The notes below the pieces were generated by a model. The model saw only the letters and a program-made list of their open reading frames with translations. It had not been told where the DNA came from and searched no databases. From Acanthaster planci (Eukaryota), in contig NW_019091357.1 in assembly GCF_001949145.1 (NCBI RefSeq), positions 3,014,859 to 3,078,858 on the forward strand: a DNA stretch of 64,000 nt, given 5' to 3'. Below are positions 23,957-36,600 of the stretch, piece by piece (position 1 is the first letter of the stretch; the number at the start of each line of letters is the position of its first letter). The translations under genes were made by a program, and so were the position numbers.

Positions 23957-24171
23957 CACTACAAAAACCAGGGTGTCAAATTTAACACCCCTAGTGTTCT
24001 TAAAGGAGCACACCAACACTTTTCAGGGGTGTGAAGATTTTTGGTGTTATTCCAACACTGTTATTTTTACTTTTAACACTCTCCAGTGCCTTGTAACGCT
24101 TATAGGTGTGTCACACTTGTGTAACACTTGTGTTGGTCTAATCATCTGATAACACCAAAGGTTTTGCAGTG
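23957..24171. mobile_element. CACTA/EnSpm(CMC)-like MITE
   Basis: Termini CACTACAAAAACC ... GGTTTTGCAGTG, 2-bp flanking duplication AA, multiple internal AACAC/GTGTT subrepeats. Confidence 0.7.
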
Positions 24172-24829
24172 AACGGTTGTGCATTGTTTGATCGGAGCTG
24201 TGCACACTCAGACCTCGGAGTATCGATCATTTTGCGAACCGTTGTAAATACTCTAATTCCCCAGAGTTGTAATGTGTTGTGTGCGGGCACGGCAGTGAAC
24301 ACGGCAGCGAAGTAAGAAGTAAGGACGGTTAAGCATTTCCCAAATTTCCGCCAGGACCACGAAGTAAATTAATTTAAAGTAAAATGCGTGCATGGTTCAT
24401 GAATTCATTGAAGTGTTCACGTAGTTTTGACAAGAAATGTAGCAGCCCGCGCTTTGATGCAAACAAATATACATCACATTATGAAACCGAATGAACAGAG
24501 CAAACGCTCTGTTCTACTTTTAAAGCAAATTAATTGGGGTCGAATCTTCTCGATCTGGGCACTGATCCAGTTTTGGATTACCGAATAGGAATCTGGAACA
24601 CAAAGCCTCGAGGGCAGTCTGAATGTTGGCGCAGAATATCCAATTTCCACTCGTAGAGGACACCAAAAAGGCCATGTTCAAGCGTTTTGGAAAGGGTGCC
24701 AGTACAGGGCAACAAGTGTAGCAGCTGATCGGGCGCACCCGGAGTTTGCCATGTTTTTAGTCTTAATTCATTTAAAACTCCAAGCTCCTGTAAGTTCCAC
24801 AACGGCCTGCACCAGACAGCTTCCTGTGA

Positions 24830-24950
24830 GTGATCATGTGCTAACGGGAGCACGCCGGAGACGCGACTTCCGGTACGTGACTCCAACTGGAAATCACCCC
24901 AGTCCCCCAAACCCGGATGCAACCAATAACCGCTCCCGTGGCACCGTGTG
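24830..24950. promoter_or_regulatory. Promoter-like element cluster (ETS CTTCCGG/CCGGAT, TACGTGAC, CCAAT)
   Basis: Locally CpG-rich and dense in motifs, between the candidate - strand gene and the MAM receptor. Confidence 0.3.
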
Positions 24951-27597
24951 AACCTCGTCCACCCCCCCCCTCATCCACAATCGAGTTCATAAATATGGTT
25001 TGGGCAGTGATACGCCAGTACGGGGTATAAAACGCTTTCAAATTATGGTCCACGTGCATGCTCCGTTGACTTTATTCAGACAGCATTCGTGGTTTGGCAG
25101 TGTCCCCACAAGACACTGAACAGTTTCGCATCACATGGATCAAAATACTGCATTAACACTGTGTGCTAAAAAGACGGCCTTTGCCGTTTATAAATTATAG
25201 CATCGGGTTCAATCTGAGGTTAGCCTCGAGTTAATTTTTCCAATTTTGTTCGGGGCGATCAACGATTGAAATGCAATCAAGCCTACAAGTCTCCACAAAT
25301 TTCCTTTAAAAGCAAATTTGAACCCGCACAAACCATGAATATCCAAGAAACAGACATTGGCTAAGTCTGTGATATGCATGTAGAATCTGTGATTCTTGCC
25401 GTTATGCAAGACCTGCATAGTGTGACCAATCAGCGAGCACCTAGACCTATAATGGACAGCCAGCTGACAACTATCGACCAATCAGCAGCTTAGGTGGAAA
25501 GAAGTTGGTTGAAAGTGTGGCTCTGTTTCTGGTTAGTGCATGATATTTAGTTAACGCAAGTGCCAAAATATTCCTCGAGGTAAGGATGGTAATTTGGGCG
25601 CCATGCCCACCAATTTTTTTTTCGCAAAGAAAGGAATTCGACACTAGACTACACCTAGACATTAGTGAGCGCTGCCGTCCATAGACAGCGTTCTGAACAT
25701 AGCATTAGTCGAGAAGACAAATTTCGATCACATACAGATCTGAAGCTAAAACTATCAACACGACAACATTTCAGCAATATGGCACCGAAGAGACATTGGA
25801 AAGTGAAGTTACTGAAGGGGAACGTGACCGAGAAACGGAACGTAAGGTTTTGAACGTAACAATCTATTGACCACCTGCTTCGCTTATGGTGCAGTAAATA
25901 TCCGTCATCCGCTCGCAGCGTGGAAATCAGCATCTACCACGCCCACGAGAGGAAATTATTTGTTGTTTCTTTTAAAGTTGCCATGGAGCGCCAAGGCCAC
26001 AAGCGGCAAGCCTCCGCGCCAAGGCTATTGGTCCTCCTATTGCAAGCGTAGCCCCCGTTACGATGTTCTGCGCAACGTGTGCGCGGGGGGGTTCCCGAAC
26101 AAAAGGGCTTCTGTTAAGCGCAGCGCGACTTCTCATCGGCTTGCTGACTGTGATTTCTTTCTGTTCGTCGCTTACAACCAGCAAAGGAAAAGAAATATCA
26201 CTCTATTTGGCCGTGTGGTGGATCCCTCCCGCGTTGTCTCTTTTGCGTGAAAAATGAATGAATCACACGTGGCATAAACGGACTTGACTCATCCGAAGCA
26301 TTCAAGGAAATATTTATTTCATCACACGAAAAGTGGAACTTGAAGCTTCCTTTCCAAAACCAGAAGCTCGAAACTAAATCAATCTTGCCTGGAATCGCTC
26401 AACTGGAATTCGACTGTCTGTTCGAAAACCATTTCCTTGTCAGTGTTCGTTTACGCTTTAATTCATCCTGAGAGTTACCTTTTGGCGGCAATTGTAACTC
26501 TTTTCGGCAAATGTGCGGAAAGGAATAATTTTTGCTTAAAAGTGCAATTTAGTTCAGGGTCATTGAATATCTGGCCACCGTTAGTCTGATCTTGCACAAT
26601 ACAGACTTCACTTTTCGAGCTCAACATTTAACTGTGTTTGAAGCGAGCGGCGTGCTTTCGATTGTTGGTTACTTTGTTCCTTTTCTAGTGAAGTAAAGGC
26701 CTGCACGTACCTGCCTCAGGCAGGGCAGAGTCACTGCCGCTGAAGTACCTGACGCCGAGGAGATGCCTAACCACATTTTGTTTTTCATAGCATTCCTTTG
26801 AAATATGGTCAGGCCATGGCCACGCTTCAGTTGCTTAGTAACAAAAAGTTGGTCGCGGTTTGTTGGCACGCATGCGCGTGGTCCACTCGGCAGTCGTGAG
26901 CACAGAACTGACTGAGTAATCACATTTCCGCAAGGGTTTGACACGCCTTCCAATTGGACAGACGAATAAAATGAGAGGTTTCCTAGCTGAAAAAAAATTT
27001 GATTGATGTTAAACAGTAAAATAATCTACAAGTATGTACAGACGCACGTGTGTATATATAATCAACTATACTTGCTCAGAGAATCACTGACATACATGAC
27101 TAGACCTCTGTAATTTTATCTGAAAGTAAAAACGTTGTAAAATAATAATTGGTGAAGCCATGCAAGTGTAACGTAGAATTTTATTACCAGGGCCGTGCCG
27201 GTTAGTGGGTCTGGGATGACGAATTTAGAGGACGGTTTTGTTCCCTTTGATTTACGTAGTTCGAGCAGGGGATGGGAGCGCGTGGGTGAACGACATGGCA
27301 TGGTTTAATAGAGAGTACGCCAACCGCAGCGTGCAACGTTCGTCAAATAGCTCCGTGGCTCAAGCAAGCTTGCCGAAACTGTTCGACGAAGATTTTGTTC
27401 GGTCATTTTTGTTTTGGGTTTTTTTGGGTTTTTTTTGTAAATTCTTAGCGACTGCAGCAATTCTCTTGTCAAACATACAAACCGGACAATCTACAAGCGC
27501 AAAATTGGGGCAAATTGAGCTGGGCATTTGTGTGTGTGGAGACTCTTAGAAGAACAATTTTGTGGTTAAGGTAAAAAGGCGAATGCTGCAGGACACC

Positions 27598-27676
27598 ATG
27601 GAATTACTCTGGCGAGTCTGCGTAACGTGGATAATGTCGCTGCTTTTCGTCCACTCGGCATTCTCAACAAGTAAGG
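27598..27676 (+). CDS. Signal-peptide exon of MAM-domain receptor (MELLWRVCVTWIMSLLFVHSAFSTSK)
   Basis: Good start context accATGg, hydrophobic core, phase-1 donor G|gtgagt matching the next exon. Confidence 0.75.
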
Positions 27677-30600
27677 GTGAGTTCAACATTTTTCTTGCGA
27701 CATCTTCAAGTTCGCGGCACGGTCACTCGCGTTCCACCTCCAAGTTAACCATTTCGACGCGCGCAAAATAGGTTGTAAATGCAATGCTGCACATCAAAAG
27801 AAAATCATCGCGATTTTGTACTGCTATACTTACCCGGTCCAGGCACCATTAACCTTTTTGTTGTTTAATTAAGCAGTTAAAATCTCACAATCCCAATGGT
27901 TGACAGACTGATGAGCCTTACTCGACATAAAACTGAAAGCCTGTGCCAGTCACCACATGGTCCTGCCAACAGGTGCCCGATGTGCTGTTACTTTTTACAG
28001 CAGCCGTAGCGTATAGGAGTAAAGAGGGAAGGGGGTAATGACCCAAGCGCCCATGAACTACACGGTGTTACACGTTGGGTGCCTTGCAGGACAACCCACT
28101 CACGGATATTCATACCGCTTTCCATTTTTGCATGGGGCCTTTTCCATGTGTGGATAGTGTGTGCTCGGTCGCAATGGGCCAAGATAATAGGTGCACAGAC
28201 GTAACCTCTAATTTTAGGTTGCTAAGTGGTTTCGGGCTGCATGCCTGCGGATCATGCGCTTCTCTCTGTTCCCTGACAATTAGGTGAGCTCATAAAGGCG
28301 TAGGGTAATGGGAGAGCTACAAGCATGTCATCTCAATTGCCCATGCCAAAGTTGGAGGAATAACTGTTGGAGTACTTTGAGAAGGTGAATTCCGTAAGAT
28401 TACCCAAAAAAATGACAGCTAAATTGAAGTCTTTGCTTTGAGGTTAGGGGAGAGGCTACAATGTATACCCAGCAAGAAATGAGACCGAGGGGTACCCTCC
28501 GAACATGTCCAATCCCTATACACATTCCAGACTTTTGTTACTTAACACATCCCCCAAGATGTCTGAAAGGAATTCCCCTGATTCCTGCGAAACAATGACC
28601 AACACAAAGCAGGGGGGGGGGTTCTCTCCGTCTCATACCTTGTTGCATATGTTACAATGGGCATGGGCGCGCGCTGATAGTAAAAAAGGTGTTTGGTGAT
28701 ATCAAAGTGCTAAAAACGCAACATGCATCAATCATTCTTGCAAGTCCAAAGGCACGAGCTCTTTAAGGCAAAACAGTGTGTCCGACACGTGTCCTTGATA
28801 CGATGACATTTAAGCAAGGGGGGTAAAGTTTCCTTTACCCCGTCGTTCGGCTCGATCTCGAAACCGACCGCGAAAATCTTGAGCAACTGCGAAATGTAGG
28901 ACAGGTTGAAAAAAGGTTGGAAGCCAGGAGAGGACCCTGATCGCTGGAATTCGTCCAACATGCAGTGTTTTTAGCTTCTTGCCAAAAGAGCAGAAGGAAA
29001 CAGAGTTCAAGAAAAGGCACTCTAAATATAGGTCAAACAGCGACGCTGTCCGTTGGGTAAACATGAACAGTTCACCCACAAATCCTTACCACACGAACAG
29101 TTCTGATTGGTACGCTGAGAGCCTGTAGAATGAGCTTAGAAGGCATATGAAATTTAAGTGCTTCTGATGTCTCCAAGCAAGACACTTTGTCATGTTACTG
29201 GCAATGAGAGAGAACCCGCAGACTAAGATTGGTGGCGGTAATCTCACATGGCGAGCTTTTACGAGAATACACAGCGACTTTTTTTGTTCTGGCATTTTCC
29301 TTGTCATTTGAAATGCTTTGTCGCCAAAACGACGTCTTTACATTATTAGATAGTTTCATTTGTTGGTCAGGGTCGATTTTTCGTTTTGTGTGCTTCGTTG
29401 TTGATTCAGTGCATGGACGCATATTACAGAACAATCAAAACTGAACAAACTGTAAAACGAGACCCGAAATGGTCAGCTTTTCAAGTTTATTTCAAGCCAT
29501 TTCGAGATTCGTACAAAATATACTCCAGTCTTAAATTCATGTGATGGTCTCTTTTAGTTATTGTTAAAACTTTGTTTTAACGTCTTCATGTCCAAGCGAT
29601 GCAAGCAGGGGGCCAAGGAACCGGTAGATTTATACTGATGATACGCTGGGAGGGGCACCAACCGTATGTAATTGATACGGAGCGTTAACATGATTAATGT
29701 GGAATTAGAGACAGACTGTTTGGCGGAAGAAGGCGATCACTTCGAATGAAAGAGATGTCTGTGCAGCTCCGCTGAGGACCTAAGTCGACGGCTGGGTTGG
29801 CCCTGTATCTCGGCCCATCATCCGCCGAGGTGCGGCGCGGCCATAGGGTAGGGAGACGCGGCAGACGGACTCCCCGGGAACGTTGTGCCCGGAAGAATAT
29901 AAGAGATAAGACATGACTGTCGGACTGACACCCAGGGGCTGATGCCACGTGGTAATGAGATGGAAGCATTCGATTACGCACTCCGGTAGTGAATCATAGT
30001 GTGAACATGACAGTCACGGAGACATCCAGGGGTTCTCCCCAAGCGAGGTGCATCCAAGGGACGCGCTAGAGAACGTTCAAGTACATCTGAACTCATGGCA
30101 CGGTTTTGAAGGATTGTCAACGAGCGTCATAATTCTCACTGGAAAAAAAATCCATGAAATGTTCTGACGTGCCGTCGCTCAGAACAGAACATTAATATGC
30201 TGTACGGAATTTCGAACCGGGCGTCAAGCGTCTTTCATTAATTAGAAATTCGCCGGAAACTCGGGACATAATTCAGTCTGGGGTCAGTGCCAAAGAGACG
30301 GGCTTCGACGATTTGAAGTAAACTGTGGTAGGTTACAGTATGTCAACGCAGTACTTGAAATACATTTTGGTTATCTTTTTCCGTGCTATATCTTTTTTCT
30401 TGCTGAGGTTTTTGTAAGAAGGATTGCTGGACAAGAGGCGGATCGAGGGATGGGGTGGGATGGGGTTGGCGGGCTTCATGAAACCCCAACAAATGTCTTC
30501 AAGGGCAAGTCCCCAGCCAAGTAGCCCTCCCTCACGACCCTCTGTTTTACGATGCTGTCTTGGAAGACGCCGACGAATGAAAAATGACGAGTTTCTTTTA

Positions 30601-33600
30601 AAGCTTTGGGCCGTGTCCGAACATACACGGTGATCTAGATGTAGTCTGTATGACGTGCAGGCCTAGTGGAAGCGACTGCAGCCCTATGGGCTACGAGCTG
30701 GGCCAAGAGAGGTCGTGATTTGCCTAACAAGGGAGGCTCCTTTGGAGGAAACTTCACTTCGCTGGTTCACGAACGACTATGAGATGCATGCGTTGCGTGC
30801 GCGTCGCTACCAAATGGCGGATAGCTAATGACTTCCGTGGCCGTGCGTGTAGCCATGGCTTCCCGACACGACCTTGGGTCTCGATCACACCCAATCACGG
30901 CAAAGTATGTTCTGAAAAGTCTTTCCCCTTTCTCCGTCTGATTTCTGGATTCATCCCCTGTAGGCCTATAATCTACAAGAAGCTTGAATCCAACATGGCA
31001 CCTATGATTCCACAAGCCTTGCCTTCGGCACATACATCATCGGCGAGAAAATCACACTGAAACATGGGAAATGTATTATTTTCACTACGTACCATGGGGA
31101 CAATACCGGTAACTGGGAATCGAATCTGCTTTGCTCATATTTAGAACATGTTTTATTCGTTTCGTATCGAATTTACTCGTTTTCAGTTTTTTCACCTTTT
31201 TGAACCCACGCATAAAGATTGAAATAGCACACCATACACCCTTCACTTTAAAAACACGTCTTAATGTTTAACGCCTTTAAACTCCTTCCTGGTAACACTT
31301 TATGAACGTCTTGTGGTGTTAATAATCCAGAGCTAAACAAGTTGTGGTGTTTATTTTTTAAACAAATACGTGTTGATGTGTTAGTACTCTTAGACACAAT
31401 GACACATTTGGATGTTAACAACAAGACACAAAAACAGATTTATCGGGTGGTAACATTTTCTGAACGCCGACACATGTTTATTTCCAAAAAAGGTATAAAT
31501 TCTCACGGTTACGTGTTTACAATTAACGCAAAGACGTTTATATAATGGATGTTGGGTTTGATAGTATTTATATTCAACGTGTGTGAACTTTCTGTTCCTG
31601 GGATGGCCGCGAAGCCACTTTAAACCGGCCAGGAATACGGGCGTTTCACAACAGTGCACCTGTCGACCCAATGCGCGTTTGAAAAGACTCGACAAATTTC
31701 GCGCACTGTGGTTGGTCAACGCGTTGCAAACTCTTGGAGGCACAGTAATGTGAATCGCCCGTTTTGGTTCAAATTCGACGCAGTGAGCAACAGCGACACA
31801 AGGGTTTTATACAAATACCTTAAGTGTGGAAGAGAATCTTCCAAACCATGTCAAATGTTAAAATTTACTCTGGAATCATGATCCAAGCTCCTGGATGCAT
31901 CTTCACAGACGTCTGAAAATTATCTGGACTTCAGTTAAAAACCACTGCTTATCTGTCTACACGCAGGTTCCAAGTTTTTTAAATAATCTATTGTTTCAAT
32001 AGCTTCAGGTTATTTCAGTCTGCAAATATCGAAAGGTCATGGTTTAATTGGATAACTGTCTTAAAATTAATTGGATTAAGGGAAAACAAATCAGAGAATG
32101 ATCAGTGAAGAATATCAAAACTTTGCCACTGTCCGATGCCTTGCCATACAGCAACGTACCGCAATGTACTATGCTGCCCTGCAACAAGGCCGCCAAAAAT
32201 CCTTCGTCTACGGAAATCCCCCATTACCAGTAACAAGAAGAGGCGATTTCCTCTTTTATTTACACCGCTGGAACCGTATCAGGAGGCATGTCGGGTCCGA
32301 GAGAGGACCCATTTGGCTCCTATCCCTATAGTGGGCGTGAACAACAAAGTCTTCTTGCTGGGGGCGTTAGAAGTTAAAAGATGACCTCGGATTTTCCCAC
32401 TCGAGTGACGAAATAAACCGACATACCTCAAATTTTAGTCGCCGTTCAAGGTGGCCAGAAACCTCCCACGCGAGAAGGAAAAAAAAGGGTTGGGTGTTTG
32501 TTTACTTCGGGGTTGTCATAATAAAACTTGCCGCTTAATTGTTATCATCTCAAGCACACTCGTGCAACGGTTATAATTTTGTGGGCAGTCAGTGTCCGAA
32601 ATCACTCCCCCAGGTTTTTGTTTGCTGTTTGTTTTTGAAAGTGGGCTTAATGTTGATTATTTTCTTTAAAACATTGCCTAATCATTCGTTCCCTACCCAT
32701 CGTCCCCTAATAAAAGTTCCACAGTCTCACACTTACCGAGGCAACTGCGCTACGACACCAACCCTCTGTAATGTTATGGTATTTTAAATCGGGAAAGTGC
32801 ACCGTGTTTACAACAAAGAATGAAATGCCATCATGTTGAATCGACATGGACGCAACATTCAGTTTAAACATCTTCACCGAGTAGTTCGAGAGCAATATTG
32901 TTATCACGAAAAACTCAAGAAATTACTTGGAATCTTTTTCCAAATTCAATGTATTTAAAGCCAAGCGTAGACGGGGGTCGGACGTCCCGATATCAGTAGA
33001 ATCTGATCCGAAGACAGACTACTGGAATGGAACTCTCCCGGGGATGGAAGACTCCCTGCAGGCTATGTAGTTTCTCATCAATTAACTTTCATGAAAGTCT
33101 TTCATGAAAGAAAGTCTGTAAGAAATTCTGATAAGTACAGAGAGTTGTCTTGAGAAATGCACGTCGTCGAGCTAGACACAGTTAATTGGATATTCCCTTT
33201 CAGAACGCTTCGGGAAATGAAACTAAACAAGCCAACGCAGAACAAAAATGGGACAGAAATAAGTAGGTCTGCACGTACAAGAAGAACCGCTTGCGTTCAA
33301 TACAAGGACAATGCCAACGTGGAAGCTTCCTAAAAGTATACATGATACAGATATCAGGGGGAAAAGTCCCATGGCAAAACGGTTTCTGATTTCCGATATC
33401 CCGGTACCTGGCCTTGTCCTGAGCAAAGGGTATTGTTTGTCCGATGGCAACATCCTTGGCCGTGTTGAAGAGGGCTAGGATTTCATGGAAAACTTCGTGA
33501 GTACACCTTGCATGACGCAATGTCGATTCAAACAGCCTTCAGCTTTTCTTCTTGGATGATACATAGCCAGAATATTTTATTCATGAATGATGTTTCTTTT

Positions 33601-36600
33601 TAAGCACGGTTTATATCCTATTTATGTCGATATACGTGGTGCAGAACAAAACCCGACAACTTAAAGCCGCAAGTCCTTTATTATTTAGGGGTCAAGATTA
33701 TAAAAAATTTGCAATCTTAATGGGAATATCCGGATTTTTTTTGGGGGGAGGTGTTATATCCAAGAAGAATTATGAATATGCGAATTATGTGTCATTTACA
33801 GTGTCAAAGACTCTAAAATTAGACCTCTGAAAAATTGAAGAGAGCTCTTGATCGGGACATGTCGTGTTCTATCTGTGCACCAATGCGCATGTACGTTTAA
33901 TATCGATACTTAATTGTCATTATCACAGCTGATGGCCAATTGAATTACCCGAAGAAGCGCCGTGGCTAAAGAAATTGGTACAATAAGTGCGTACGTGAAA
34001 GTAACGGTCTTTTCACCCAAAACACAGTACTGAGGACCTTAAAATGGGAAAAAGATATTTTACAGGGTTCACGTGTACAATGTGTAAGTTATCCGTTAGC
34101 ACCCGGAAGAAAACACACATATTCAAGAAAACATGGATATTTCATTATGAAAAGTCTCCGTTGAAATTCAAGGAGTTCCTTGCATTTAACCGATGCCTGG
34201 AGTCGAGTGTACTTCAGTTGGAAGTTAACTTCATGAACACCCTTCCTGTCTAGGTAAATTGGATTATCTTCACATCACCGTCAGACTACAGGCGGCGAGT
34301 CCATTTAGCGACAAGAAAGTAGAGTGTCGCCTGGTCTCAACTAACAAAGCCATTATTCTCCTCTCAGTCCACTGGTAGACATCTTTTGATCTGTTACGCC
34401 TGCGTGTTTTTGAGAGAGGTTCTCCCGCTTAGTTTAAAGTTTGAAACTTCTTTGGAAGTTAATTTCAACTTCTGCAAGTGAAAAACTCTACACATCCTAT
34501 CACAAAATAATGGAGTCTGTCATTTCAGTGACATTTAGAAAGGAAAGGCACTTTTTTTTTACATCTTAGTGATATAAAAATCACCAAACTTAAATTAGAG
34601 AGGTTATTTTTTGAACAGATTTTATTGATATAGTACACATTTGCCAAACCCTCAACTTTTCAGACTGGCTTTGTGCCCAATAGATCTATCCTTAGACAAT
34701 GTTTTACTTGGTCATTTCTTGTTTCGAGAAACTGTGTTTGGCTTTGATTTTTTTGTCTAATTGTGAGCAGTCCCTCTGAACTCGTTTGCCTTCGGTTGTC
34801 ATTAAAAATGAAATCTAAACGGCACCTTATGAAAAAAAAGATATACGATGCACTGCTCGCCGCAAAGGACCCCAACTCATCACATTTAAATAAATAAATT
34901 TAAATAATTCAAATTTCTACAAATTAGAATTCAGTTTGTCAAATAGTATATTTTTGTATACAATAATTTCTCAAGACGTTTATCTTGGTGCGTGTAATTT
35001 ATAAATAATTTAATGTATAAATTACGATGTTGGGCTTGTCCGGAAGGAGCTAAGAGTTGCGAGTCCCTGTCTTGGTCTGAAACTGAGTGACGAATGATTG
35101 AACAGCTGTAAGTGCGTACAATTACATTAAAAAAAGAAAATCAAAGGAAGTGGTCTGAAATTTTATGTGTGTATGCTAATAATAGAATAATTGGTTACTG
35201 GCTAGCTATGTTCAGCCAGGTCAAGTCCACTAACGGTCACGATAACCTAAAACAGTTTCTCGAATCATATAAATCACGGCCACTCAGTGTATACTTGTAC
35301 GTGTACCAGGATGTAGATTATTATAAAATGACCTGTACACGAAATATGCAGTCTAGCATTACGGTCACATTGTTCATGCTTATTTTGACACGGCTGTCTT
35401 GGAGTTCCTTGTATGTATTATGATTTAATAGTCTCTTTCCTCTCGTTTCTCTCTCCCTCCAGTTCTGTATTCCTGTACTTTTGAAGATGTTTCCAGTTGC
35501 TGGTTGAACGTGGAAGCAGCACGGTTGACCTGGATGATTGGAGGTCACCGGACTGACCCGAGTGGTCAAGGGCCACCCGCTGACCACACCTGGGGCACCG
35601 AAGTGGGTGAGTCTATAAAAAGCTGAAGAGGGCGCCATTTTTTTAGTATGTGACGACCTGCATTGTTAATTAGACACAGAGTGCAAAGGATGGCCGTCAG
35701 TTTTTTTTCTGTATTCCTACCAATTCCCCTCAAACAGAAGCAACCCCTCATCGGTTTGAAAATAGCCTTATTAGTCGGGAGTGTTAATTTTGCTGGTAGC
35801 AATGCGACCGTTACGCGTTCATTTCGCGGTCGTTTGTGAATCAGCGAAGTCCAGTTCCGACCGAAGGAGCCTCCGTTGCTAGGAAACTCTTCATCCAGCT
35901 CGAGGTTCATAGGCCTTGAGGCAAACTCGCGGCTTTCGTATGTCATTTGGTCATTGGTTCGATTTATATGTACAAATTGGACACACGAGAGGCTTGAGTC
36001 AATTCGTATTTCACAATTCACGGTAACAGTACAAATGATTTCAGGTTTTTGTCTTTCATTGCAAAAGCATGGCGTCTAGTAAAGTGGGGCTCACGGTCTC
36101 TGGTAGCTTGGGTCCTCGCTCACACTGTGTGCTTCGGGAGCGGACACTGGACGTGTGAAAACGAACACTGGAGCCCCGTTAGCCTCCTCAACCAGACATC
36201 TGGCATTTTCTGTCAGCCTGACCCACGTGCCACTCATAATTATCCATACATCGTCCCTCCGTCATGAGAAATGAAAGTCTATACCACCGTCACGACAGGG
36301 CCGTAAATTATGAATTCTTTCAACGTTTAACCATCAAGAATCCACCCCCTCGCTAATGCCATGCCCTCAAGGGACAAACCAGACAAAGAGCCGCTAGTTT
36401 CTGAAAACCTTGCGCCCCGAGGAACAGCGAGACAGCTTACTTATTCCGTTTGCAATTGGGAACAACTTATCAGCCACATCTATAGCTTCGTGTTAGCGCA
36501 GCTGTCTGGACGCATTAGTATCCTGATCTCATCCACCTGTAAGATGTCGAGGCCTGGTGATTTCAAAAGTTTGTGCACGGCGCTCGTACGGCAAAGCCAT

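Noticed and set aside
32961..33066. Extra exon of the MAM receptor
   Set aside because: The phase-1 frame is open, but the splice sites are weak and the peptide is uninformative; it is not needed for the model.
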